From Candidatus Latescibacterota bacterium (GTDB lineage Bacteria; Latescibacterota; UBA2968; UBA8231), in the NCBI GenBank assembly GCA_965215195.1, contig CBDCDC010000002.1, positions 1,152,001 to 1,216,000 of the forward strand: DNA of 64,000 nt. The letters run 5' to 3'. Shown in pieces: positions 9,452-18,186 of this stretch; the stretch's first letter is position 1; each line of letters opens with the position of its first letter. The notes under the pieces are model-generated. The model saw nothing but the letters and a program-made list of their open reading frames with translations. It had not been told where the DNA came from and made no database searches. The translations under genes and the position numbers were made by a program.

Positions 9452-9552
9452 CCATAATAAGGACGTCTATATACCTAACCTATTAACCAGAGCGGAGCCA
9501 GCGAATGCCAGCCTCGGTTTACCTTTACGCTAACTCACACAAGGAGGCCAAA

Positions 9553-10074
9553 ATGGCGAACTCACTAAAGAGAAGAGCGTTTTACAGCTTCCACTACAAG
9601 CCGGATAACTGGCGGGCGTCTCAAGTTCGCAATATCGGTGTCATCGAAGGCAATAGGCCAGCGACAGATAACGATTGGGAAGCAGTGAAACGGGGTGGAG
9701 ATGTAGCTATAGCTAGATGGATCAATGGCCAAATGAGGGGAAGGTCTTGCACCATCGTTTTGGTTGGGACAAACACCGCGAATCGCAAGTGGATCAACTA
9801 CGAAATTAGTGAGTCTTGGAGCCAGAGAATGGGCATTGTGGGCATTCATATCCATGGCTTGAAGGATAGATATGGTCATACTTCAACAATGGGTGCTAAC
9901 CCCTTCTCTTACGTTAGGGTTCCAAGAATACAAAGGCCGATGTCAACCGTTGTGCGGTGCTATAACCCGTCGGGTCGAAACAGCACGGATAAGTACAATT
10001 GGATTGCCAGTAATCTTTCAGCTATGGTTGAAGAATCAATCGCCATCCGTAACCAATTCTCGACACGGAGGTAA
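9553..10074 (+). CDS. Thoeris ThsB-like TIR-domain protein
   Basis: RRAFYSFHY..DNWRASQVRNIG..NDWE..SCTIVLVG..RKWINYEI..GIVGIHIHGLKD; AAGGAGG RBS. Confidence 0.9.
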   Translation: MANSLKRRAFYSFHYKPDNWRASQVRNIGVIEGNRPATDNDWEAVKRGGDVAIARWINGQMRGRSCTIVLVGTNTANRKWINYEISESWSQRMGIVGIHIHGLKDRYGHTSTMGANPFSYVRVPRIQRPMSTVVRCYNPSGRNSTDKYNWIASNLSAMVEESIAIRNQFSTRR

Positions 10075-10080
10075 TCTGCA

Positions 10081-10527
10081 ATGAACAACAATGAACGCAT
10101 CTTGAAACACTTAGAGTTTATTCAAGGCGTCGTAAATCGCTTGGGTAGAAACTCTTTCCTACTCAAGGGTTGGAGCATGGCCGTCCTCGTCGCCGGCTCC
10201 TTGTTGATGGTGCGACTCAGACCGGACCAGCCTCTATTGGCATTGACGCTTATCGTGCCTGTTGTCGGGTTCTGGCTGTTAGATGCGTACTTCTTGTGGC
10301 AAGAGCGGTTGTTCCGCGCCGAGTACGACCGCGTACGCAAGCAGGATGAGACTGACTTTGCCATGAATCCGATGCAGCATAAGGACAAGCCGAAACATAG
10401 CTGGCCCGCAACATTTTTCTCGGTGACGCTGGTCATTTTTTACGGCATAGAAATTCTGTTTGTCTCTGTTCTCGTTGGGTCCCTATGGATCGCAGGCAAC
10501 CCGGCAGCGGGGAGTTGCTGCCCATGA
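10081..10527 (+). CDS. TIR-associated multi-TM membrane protein (putative effector)
   Basis: KHLEFIQGVVNRLGRNSFLLKGW...FWLLDAYFLWQERLFR; three hydrophobic segments; GGAGG RBS right after the TIR gene. Confidence 0.75.
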   Translation: MNNNERILKHLEFIQGVVNRLGRNSFLLKGWSMAVLVAGSLLMVRLRPDQPLLALTLIVPVVGFWLLDAYFLWQERLFRAEYDRVRKQDETDFAMNPMQHKDKPKHSWPATFFSVTLVIFYGIEILFVSVLVGSLWIAGNPAAGSCCP

Positions 10528-10578
10528 TCTTCAACCCTCGCGTTTTGGAACGTGCGGACAGAGGTTCTAACCAACAAT

Positions 10579-10620
10579 TTACTCAATATACTGAGTAAAA
10601 TTACTCAAAGAAATGAGTAA
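10579..10620. promoter_or_regulatory. Tandem palindromic operator-like sites TTACTCA-N6-TGAGTAA (x2)
   Basis: Copies at 10579-10598 and 10601-10620; the second overlaps the ATG of the AAA gene. Confidence 0.55.
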
Positions 10621-11827
10621 AAAGACCTTCATCAGACCCCAAGCGTCCGAGCTATCCCGGCGCTTGAAAGAACCCCGGCGGTTCATTCAAGTCGTCTCGG
10701 GAGCGAGGCAGGTAGGCAAAACAACCCTTGTCTTGCAAGTCGCCGAGCGGAGCAAACTGCCCTATCACGTTGCCAGCGCCGACGAGCCGACCCTTCGCGG
10801 TGCCGGGTGGATTGAATCCCAATGGGAAGAGGCCCGGCTGCTCGCCGACAGCTCTAAAAGAAAAGGGGCCTTGCTCGTATTGGATGAGGTACACAAAGTT
10901 CCGCATTGGGCTGAAACGGTCAAGTATCTCTGGGATGAAGACACCCGCAAAAAAACACTGGTAAAAACCGTATTGCTCGGCTCGGCCCCGCTCTTAATCG
11001 GGCGGGGACTGACGGAAAGTCTTGCGGGCCGTTTTGAAACCCTGCACATGCCACATTGGAGCTTTCCCGAGATGCGGACGGCCTTTGGCTGGGATCTGCA
11101 ACAATATGTTTTTTACGGTGCCTATCCGGGTGCCGCGCCTTTGATAAAACAGCCGTTCCGCTGGTCGCGCTACATAATAGACGCTCTCATCGAAACAACC
11201 GTCGCCCGCGACGTGCTCCTGCTTTCCCGCGTTGACAAACCGGCATTGCTTCGGCGGCTGTTTGAACTGGGCTGTGCCTATTCCGGGCAAATTCTTTCCT
11301 ACACAAAAATGACGGGGCAACTTCAGGATGCGGGGAACACAACCACTCTTGCCCACTACCTCGACCTGCTCGCGGGTGCCGGCGTACTCACCGGCTTGCC
11401 TAAATACGCCGGCGACACAGCGCGGCGACGGGGGTCAAGCCCCAAGTTTCAAGTCTTCAACACCGCGCTAATAACCGCCCAGTCCGGTATGACTCAGGCA
11501 GAAGCCTTTGCTGACCGCGAATTTTGGGGCCGCTTGACCGAGTCGGCAGTCGGCGCACACCTGCTCAACGCATCCGTCGGCGGAGCGTGTGAACTCTTTT
11601 ATTGGCGGGAGCGCAACCGCGAAGTGGATTTTGTCGTGCGAAGAGGAAAGAAGCTGGTGGCCATAGAAGTAAAAAGCGGACGCACAACCACTTCGCTTCC
11701 CGGCATGGAATCGTTCGCCAAATTTTTCAAACCAGATCGCATGTTAATCGTCGGCACGGGCGGAATTTCTCTTGAACTGTTTCTCTCAAAGCCCGTGGGA
11801 TATTGGATAAATCAGGCAGAAGTATAG
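10613..11827 (+). CDS. AAA_14 ATPase with DUF4143 / PD-(D/E)XK C-terminus
   Basis: Walker A GARQVGKT, Walker B LVLDE, LLGS, ESLAGR, EVDFV..IEVKS. Confidence 0.9.
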   Translation: MSKKTFIRPQASELSRRLKEPRRFIQVVSGARQVGKTTLVLQVAERSKLPYHVASADEPTLRGAGWIESQWEEARLLADSSKRKGALLVLDEVHKVPHWAETVKYLWDEDTRKKTLVKTVLLGSAPLLIGRGLTESLAGRFETLHMPHWSFPEMRTAFGWDLQQYVFYGAYPGAAPLIKQPFRWSRYIIDALIETTVARDVLLLSRVDKPALLRRLFELGCAYSGQILSYTKMTGQLQDAGNTTTLAHYLDLLAGAGVLTGLPKYAGDTARRRGSSPKFQVFNTALITAQSGMTQAEAFADREFWGRLTESAVGAHLLNASVGGACELFYWRERNREVDFVVRRGKKLVAIEVKSGRTTTSLPGMESFAKFFKPDRMLIVGTGGISLELFLSKPVGYWINQAEV

Positions 11828-11851
11828 TCTGAATAAGACAGGAACAAAACC

Positions 11852-12001
11852 ATGCCCACCTTCCCCTTCAGCGAAAAATACCTCTCCCAGATCCCCGCCC
11901 TGCAACAGTTAATCAACCTGGGCTATCAGTACCTCTCGCCCGCCCAAGCAATGACAGAACGCGGCGGTCGCGTCTCCAATGTCCTGCTGGAAAACCTCTA
12001 A
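11852..12001 (+). pseudogene. hsdR: Type I R-M HsdR N-terminal remnant
   Basis: MPTFPFSEKYLSQIPALQQLINLGYQYLSP...RGGRVSNVLLENL*, a typical HsdR N-terminus truncated at 49 aa. Confidence 0.75.
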
Positions 12002-12020
12002 TCCCTGCGGCCGCAGGCAC

Positions 12021-13250
12021 CTATCCCGTTCTGATCTCGTCCAGTGCCGCGATCATGCGGTCGATTTCGCCAAAGTTGTTGTAGATGTGGGTGGAAACCC
12101 GCTGGGTATAGCCCGGCTCGGCCTCGCCCCAAACCGGGGTCGTGATCCGGTATTTATCATAGAGGAGCGATCCGGGATTGGCGGCACCAAAGCCTTTGAG
12201 GCGAAACGTGGAAATCGAATTGGCGAGATCTGAGTGCGGCGAGGAAAGCGGTTCGACCCAGCCGGTTTCGGCCATGCGCTGGCGCAAATAGCCGGCTAAC
12301 TGCCGCCCGCGGGCGGCGATTTGCTCCTTGCCGATCTCGTTTTGTAGGGCCACCGCCTCGGCTACTGCGCCGAAACAGGACAACTCGCGTGTGCCGATCT
12401 TCGTTAGCTGCCACATAAAAGGCTGCCCCTTGATACAGAGTGCCCCCGCATCATTGCGCTTGGGCCCGTCGTTGTCGTAGCCATGACTGACGGCGATGTG
12501 GTGAAGCTTATCCTGTACTTGCGGCCGGGCGTACAAAAATCCCGTGCCCTTGGGCGCGCAGAGCCACTTGTGACAATTGCCGCCGTAAAAATCACAGCCG
12601 TAGTAGGTCAGGTCTAAAGGGATCTGCCCAGGGGCATGCGCCCCGTCAACGGCGATCATCGCGCCGTGGGCGTGTGCCAACTCGGTCAACTCTTTGATCG
12701 GGGTGATGAGCCCAGAGGGCGACGTCACATGACTGACCAATAACAGCCGCGTCCGCGCGGTCAGCGCCCGGCGGAAAGAGTCCACGATTTGCTCGGGCTC
12801 GGCGGGTGGAATAGAGATTGGCGCTCGCCGCACCACCACGCCATAACGGCGCTCGGCGTGGGACAGACAGTTGTCGATGGCACCGTATTCTTGGTTGGAA
12901 GCCAAAATTTCGTCGCCGGGCTGCCAATCAAGGCCGTGGACGACTTGGTTGATGGCGATGGTGACATTGGTCGTGAGAGCCAAGTCGGCGGGAGCGGCGT
13001 TGAGAAAGGCACCCAGATCGCGCCGCGCTTGGTTTAGGCGATCAATCTGCCGGGCGCGGTTGTGCGTTGGATTGCCCTCCAACTCTTCCAACCCCTTGAC
13101 TAAGGCGTCGAAAACTGAACGATGCAACACGCCCCAAGAGCCGGTATTGAGATAGGACTCGTCGGGCGCATGCATAAAACCAGCGGCAATATCTCGCCAG
13201 TAGGCCTCTGCTTTATTGGTGGTCGGCCAAGCTTTTTTTGAATCGGACAA
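12021..13250 (-). CDS. Aminotransferase class V (isopenicillin-N-epimerase-like), cytoplasmic
   Basis: YLNTGSWG, DGAHAPG, NCHKWLCAPKG, RVSTHIYN. Confidence 0.9.
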   Translation of the reverse strand: MSDSKKAWPTTNKAEAYWRDIAAGFMHAPDESYLNTGSWGVLHRSVFDALVKGLEELEGNPTHNRARQIDRLNQARRDLGAFLNAAPADLALTTNVTIAINQVVHGLDWQPGDEILASNQEYGAIDNCLSHAERRYGVVVRRAPISIPPAEPEQIVDSFRRALTARTRLLLVSHVTSPSGLITPIKELTELAHAHGAMIAVDGAHAPGQIPLDLTYYGCDFYGGNCHKWLCAPKGTGFLYARPQVQDKLHHIAVSHGYDNDGPKRNDAGALCIKGQPFMWQLTKIGTRELSCFGAVAEAVALQNEIGKEQIAARGRQLAGYLRQRMAETGWVEPLSSPHSDLANSISTFRLKGFGAANPGSLLYDKYRITTPVWGEAEPGYTQRVSTHIYNNFGEIDRMIAALDEIRTG

Positions 13251-13420
13251 GGGCTGCTCCCAGTGTTAAACGTTCATGGCGGATTCTTGCATCGCGGCTG
13301 CATGTCCTATTATATTTCACCGCGCACGGCGACCGTCGCGCCGGCCCAATAAAGCCACACTGTGTGCGGGCGGTCAAGTTTCGCGTACAGGGTCCTTTCT
13401 ACGGCCAACCGCTATTATAC

Positions 13421-14461
13421 ATGCCGCCAGCTTTAGCCACCGACACTACCCCGCTGTTGGCCACCGTCGGCCTGACCAAGCACTTCGCCACCCGCAAAAG
13501 CCGCTGGGGTCGGACCACTGGCCAAGTGCGGGCCGTCGACGACGTATCGCTGGCCATCTACCAAGGCGAAACCCTCGGCGTTGTCGGCGAAAGCGGGTGT
13601 GGTAAAACCACCCTCGGGCGCTTGATCCTGCGCTTGATCGAACCCACTGCCGGCCAAGTGCATTTCGCCGGGGTCGATATCAGTCGCCTATCCGGTGCGC
13701 CGATGCGCGCTATTCGCCGTCAAATGCAGGCAATCTTCCAAGATCCCTACAGTTCGTTAAACCCGCGGCTGACAGTACACAAGATCATCGCTCAAGGTAT
13801 CACTACTCATCATCTCGCACGCGGCAAAGAGGTCGGTGCCCGAGTGGCGCAATTGCTGGAGATGGTCGGCTTGCCCGCTGGGGCCGTCCGTCGATACCCA
13901 CACGAATTCTCCGGCGGTCAGCGCCAGCGCATTGGCATCGCCCGCGCCCTAGCGGTCGAGCCGCGTTTTATCGTCGCCGACGAACCAGTTTCTGCTCTCG
14001 ATGTCTCGGTCCAAGCCCAGATCGTCAATCTGCTGCAGGACATCCAAGCCGACATGGGGTTGACCTATATGTTTATCGCCCACGATCTCAGCGTCGTGCG
14101 CCACATTGCCGACCGAGTCGCCGTAATGTATCTAGGCAAAATCGTCGAATTGGCTCCCAAAGAAGCGCTCTACGACACTCCCTTGCACCCCTATACCCAA
14201 GCCCTGCTTGCGGCGGTGCCCGTCCCCAATCCCCACAAGCGGCGGACGAGAATTCTCCTCAGCGGCGATGCGCCCGACCCGACCGCAATCCCTACTGGCT
14301 GTCCGTTCCACCCCCGCTGCGCCGAGCGCCAAGCACAATGCGAAACGACCACCCCACAACTAGCCTCTATCGGCGCTGGACGCCAAGTCGCCTGTTTGCT
14401 GCGACAACCTAGTGCTCCAGTGCTGACCGCCGATCCACCAACAAAGGAAAAACAACATTAA
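13421..14461 (+). CDS. Oligopeptide/dipeptide ABC transporter ATP-binding protein (OppF/AppF-like)
   Basis: GESGCGKT, FSGGQRQR, DEPVSALD, HPYT, GCPFHPRC. Confidence 0.92.
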   Translation: MPPALATDTTPLLATVGLTKHFATRKSRWGRTTGQVRAVDDVSLAIYQGETLGVVGESGCGKTTLGRLILRLIEPTAGQVHFAGVDISRLSGAPMRAIRRQMQAIFQDPYSSLNPRLTVHKIIAQGITTHHLARGKEVGARVAQLLEMVGLPAGAVRRYPHEFSGGQRQRIGIARALAVEPRFIVADEPVSALDVSVQAQIVNLLQDIQADMGLTYMFIAHDLSVVRHIADRVAVMYLGKIVELAPKEALYDTPLHPYTQALLAAVPVPNPHKRRTRILLSGDAPDPTAIPTGCPFHPRCAERQAQCETTTPQLASIGAGRQVACLLRQPSAPVLTADPPTKEKQH

Positions 14462-16148
14462 AACCTCCATCCCGCTGTTAATCGCCATTCTCGCGCTTTG
14501 CAGCCGCCCCGGCAGTGCCCAAGAAAAGACCATCCTTGGCCTCGACTTGCCGCCCGACGCGCGACCCTATGACCAACAGGTGTACCGCATCCCCTGCAAC
14601 AATACCGCCAACTCGATCACCTTCGACTTTTCGGTCAGCGTCTATCAGCGCTATTGCGGAGCCGATCTCTTCAACGATCCGTTGGTCACCTTCGACAAGG
14701 CGCAAAACCCCCAACCCGGTGCCGCCGAAAGCTGGTCGGTCGCCGCCGACGGAGTGACGTGGACCTTTGTTTTGCGCGAGGGCCTGATGTGGAGCGACGG
14801 CACTCCTGTCACCGCCCACGACTACGTCGCCACCTTCCGTTTCAGCGCCAGCCCCGACCACGCTTGGGATTTCGCCTGGTACTACACCTTCGTTGACAAG
14901 GGTGGGATCAAAAACTGGGACGAGGTCATCGCCGGGAAGCTACCTGTCGAAGCATTGGGGGTCCGCGCTGTGGACGACCGCACCCTTGAGATTGTGACCA
15001 AGGGAGTGTTTCCGCCGCTACCCAAGATCATGAAATACGCCTTCACGCTACAGAAGAAAGCGCTGGAGACGCATGGCCCCTACTACAACAACGATCCGGC
15101 GACCTCGGTTTCGTCCGGCCCCTTTATGCTGGAGTCTTTCGACCACGGTTTCAAAGTGGTTTTCAAGGCCAATCCACACTACACGGGCTATCGGCCGCCG
15201 AGGTTGGCGCGGATCGAAGGGATATACCTGTCGCCAGCGACCTATTTTATCGCCTATCTCAACAACGAAATTGACACCTTAAACTTCAACGACTTGTCGC
15301 CAGCCGACTTCGCTACTATCCAGCGCGACCCCGAACTGCAGGCGAACTACCTGCGCCCCGGTTTGATCGGCACCGACTATGTTTTTTTCGACGCGCATAG
15401 CCCGCCCTTCGATGACATCAATGTGCGCAAGGCCTTCGCCCATGCCATCGATCGCGAGGCCATCGTCAAAGGCGTCTATGGCGAGATCAAGGCCACGCCT
15501 GCCCATTCCATGCTCATGCCTGGCTTTCCCGCCGCCGATGTCCAAGGCCAACTTGCCCACTACCAGCGCTTCGACCGTGGCCTAGCGAAGGAACACCTAG
15601 CCCAAGCCGGTTTTCCCAACGGGGCTGGCTTCCCATCGCAGGTGATGTGGTTGCGCAACGAAAACCCCGGCATTGCCTCCGTCTATCAAGCGACCGCTGC
15701 CTCAATCTCGCAGTGTTTGGGTATCTCGATCCAAGTCTCGAACAAAGACAACAAAGTCTTTATGGACGCCCTACACGAGCGACCCACTGGCATTGCGCTG
15801 GGTGCCGTCGCCTATAGCATCGACTTTGCCGACCCCATCAACCTGCTCGGCATCTGGGTCAGCAGTGGTCGCCACTCTTGGCGCAACCAACGCTTCGATG
15901 CCATCCTAGACGAGGCCAGCAACTTAATGGGCGACCCCCAGCGCCGCGACCAGCTCTTCCGCGATGCCGAGCGGATCCTCGTCGACGATGTCGGCGGAGC
16001 CTTTATCGCCCACCGCTGGTCCGGCGACCTGTTTCGGCCCACGGTGCGCGGGGCCAGCATCCGCGAGCCAGGGCCTGAGGGCACCTATGGCAACCACTCC
16101 GGCAACGACTGGCTGTGGGGCGATATATACATCGGCGCGGCGCAATGA
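14457..16148 (+). CDS. Peptide ABC transporter substrate-binding protein (OppA-like), probable ATT start
   Basis: AESWSV..DGVTWTF..WSDGTPVTAHD and SSGPF motifs. The signal peptide IKTSIPLLIAILALCSRPGSA is in frame from ATT at 14457, after AAGGA. Confidence 0.85.
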   Translation: MKTSIPLLIAILALCSRPGSAQEKTILGLDLPPDARPYDQQVYRIPCNNTANSITFDFSVSVYQRYCGADLFNDPLVTFDKAQNPQPGAAESWSVAADGVTWTFVLREGLMWSDGTPVTAHDYVATFRFSASPDHAWDFAWYYTFVDKGGIKNWDEVIAGKLPVEALGVRAVDDRTLEIVTKGVFPPLPKIMKYAFTLQKKALETHGPYYNNDPATSVSSGPFMLESFDHGFKVVFKANPHYTGYRPPRLARIEGIYLSPATYFIAYLNNEIDTLNFNDLSPADFATIQRDPELQANYLRPGLIGTDYVFFDAHSPPFDDINVRKAFAHAIDREAIVKGVYGEIKATPAHSMLMPGFPAADVQGQLAHYQRFDRGLAKEHLAQAGFPNGAGFPSQVMWLRNENPGIASVYQATAASISQCLGISIQVSNKDNKVFMDALHERPTGIALGAVAYSIDFADPINLLGIWVSSGRHSWRNQRFDAILDEASNLMGDPQRRDQLFRDAERILVDDVGGAFIAHRWSGDLFRPTVRGASIREPGPEGTYGNHSGNDWLWGDIYIGAAQ

Positions 16149-16183
16149 TGACCGACAACCGAGCGCACCCGGGGCTATAGGCG

Positions 16184-17149
16184 ATGCTTTGCTATCTGAC
16201 CCGCCGCCTGATCGCCCTAGCCTTTGTACTGCTCGCCGTGTCAATGATCGTCTTCGCCCTGATGCACTCGGTGCCAGGCGGCCCCTTCGACACCCAACAG
16301 GCCAAGCTGCCCAAGGCCGCCCGCGAGAATATTGAGCGCAAATACGGCCTCGACAAACCCGTCTGGCAGCAATACCTCAACTACATGAGCCACGCGGTTC
16401 GCTTCGACTTCGGCATCCCCTACCAGCAGCCGCAGACCACGGTCGCCGCGCTAATAGGCAAGACTTGGATCGTCACTGTGCAAGTCGGCGTGATGACAAT
16501 CCTCGTGGCCTTTAGCTGTGGAATCGCCGCCGGCATGTTGGCTGCCTACCACCAAAACAGTTGGCTTGACAACATCGTGACCTTTGGCGCGATGCTCGGC
16601 GTCACCGTGCCCAATTTTGTAGTGGCGATGTGGTTTATCTTGTTTTTCGGGGTGGCACGGCAGTGGCTGCCCACCGGTGGCTGGAGCAATTCCGGCGCTT
16701 GCCTCTACGGCAACATGCTGTGCTCGGACTGGATTCTGCCGGTTTTGGCCTATGCGCTGGCACCGATGGCGATCATTGCTCGCTACACCCGCGCCAGCAT
16801 CGTCGATGTCATCGGCGAGGACTACGTGCGCACCGCCCGGGCCAAGGGCCTGAGCGAAGCCAAGGTCATGCGGCGCCACGTACTGCGCAACGCGCAGATT
16901 CCGATGGTCACGGCGCTGGGCACCGAAATACCCAACCTCATCACCGGCAGCATTTTCATCGAGAGCATCTTCCGCATCAATGGCCTCGGTAAGTTCTTCG
17001 TCACCAGCACCCTCAACCGCGACTACCCGATGATCATGGCGACCTTCCTGCTGGTGGCGCTATTGTGGGGCATCACTTATATGCTGACTGATATAGCCTA
17101 TACCCTCATCGATCCGCGCGTCAAGCTCGGTGCCAAAAAAGAGGCCTGA
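16184..17149 (+). CDS. Peptide ABC transporter permease (OppB-like)
   Basis: PGGPF, YGLDKP, EDYVRTARAKGL (EAA loop), RDYP. Confidence 0.92.
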   Translation: MLCYLTRRLIALAFVLLAVSMIVFALMHSVPGGPFDTQQAKLPKAARENIERKYGLDKPVWQQYLNYMSHAVRFDFGIPYQQPQTTVAALIGKTWIVTVQVGVMTILVAFSCGIAAGMLAAYHQNSWLDNIVTFGAMLGVTVPNFVVAMWFILFFGVARQWLPTGGWSNSGACLYGNMLCSDWILPVLAYALAPMAIIARYTRASIVDVIGEDYVRTARAKGLSEAKVMRRHVLRNAQIPMVTALGTEIPNLITGSIFIESIFRINGLGKFFVTSTLNRDYPMIMATFLLVALLWGITYMLTDIAYTLIDPRVKLGAKKEA

Positions 17150-18036
17150 TGACCGAATCCCTCGCCAGCGAAATCAGTAGCGTCCACCGCTCCTTTTGGG
17201 CCGACGCCCGACGGCGTTTTGTGCGCAATCGCCTCGCTGTCGCCGGATTAGCCATTGTCGGCGCGATCTCCTTTTTGGCGATCTTCGCCGATGTTCTCGC
17301 GCCTTTTCCCTACGACCACGCCTATTTCGACAAGGTTTTGCTCGCGCCCTTGCAGCACCCGGATCACCTGCTGGGCACCGACGAGGTTGGGCGCGACTAT
17401 CTCAGCCGCCTAATCTACGGTGCCCGCACCTCGCTAACCGTCAGTCTGCTGGTTCAGGCCCTCGCCGTGTTGATCGGGGTGCCGGTCGGTGCCCTCGCTG
17501 GCTATTTCGGCGGATGGCTCGATTTTGTCGTCACTCGCATCATCGACGTGATGACCGCCTTTCCTAGCTTGCTCTTTGCCATCCTCATCATCTCGGTCCT
17601 CGAAGGCGGCTTAACTACCATTATCGTCGCCTTGGGCATCACCGGCTGGATCGGCATCGCTCGGCTGACACGGGCACAATTTTTGACCCTGCGCGAGCGA
17701 GAATACGCCATAGCGGCAAGGGCGCTGGGGGTGCCGACGCGCAAAATCATCTTCCGCGACCTACTGCTCAATGCGCTGACCCCAATTTTGGTCGCCGTCA
17801 GCTTCGGCATTCCAAGCACCATCTTCGCCGAAGCGGGTTTGAGCTTTATCGGTCTGGGGATCAACGACCCGATGGCCAGTTGGGGCAAGATGGTCGGCGT
17901 CTCCAACGCCTATGTCCGCATCTACTGGCACCTAGCGCTATTTCCAACCATTGCCATCGCCCTGACCATGCTGGGTTTTTCGTTTCTAGGCGACGGTCTG
18001 CGCGATGCGCTGGACCCCAAATACGATCGTCCATAG
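17149..18036 (+). CDS. Peptide ABC transporter permease (OppC-like)
   Basis: HLLGTDEVGRD, EYAIAARALG, LGDGLRDALDP. Confidence 0.92.
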   Translation: MTESLASEISSVHRSFWADARRRFVRNRLAVAGLAIVGAISFLAIFADVLAPFPYDHAYFDKVLLAPLQHPDHLLGTDEVGRDYLSRLIYGARTSLTVSLLVQALAVLIGVPVGALAGYFGGWLDFVVTRIIDVMTAFPSLLFAILIISVLEGGLTTIIVALGITGWIGIARLTRAQFLTLREREYAIAARALGVPTRKIIFRDLLLNALTPILVAVSFGIPSTIFAEAGLSFIGLGINDPMASWGKMVGVSNAYVRIYWHLALFPTIAIALTMLGFSFLGDGLRDALDPKYDRP

Positions 18037-18046
18037 AGGTGAGTAT

Positions 18047-18186
18047 ATGTCCGATTCGCGCAGGGATTTCTTCAAGAAGACAGCAGGCCTAGTGCTAACC
18101 GCACCGGCCCTGCCCTTGCTAGCACCCGGCAGCAGTCAGCAGGTCCACGCCGCCAGCGCAACACTGGCTGACCAATTGATGGTCGT
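18047..18186 (+). pseudogene. Tat-signal-bearing gene remnant
   Basis: GAGGTG RBS then MSDSRRDFFKKTAGLVLTAPALPLL...HAAS. The frame runs into the 3' end of the convergent gene. Confidence 0.5.
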
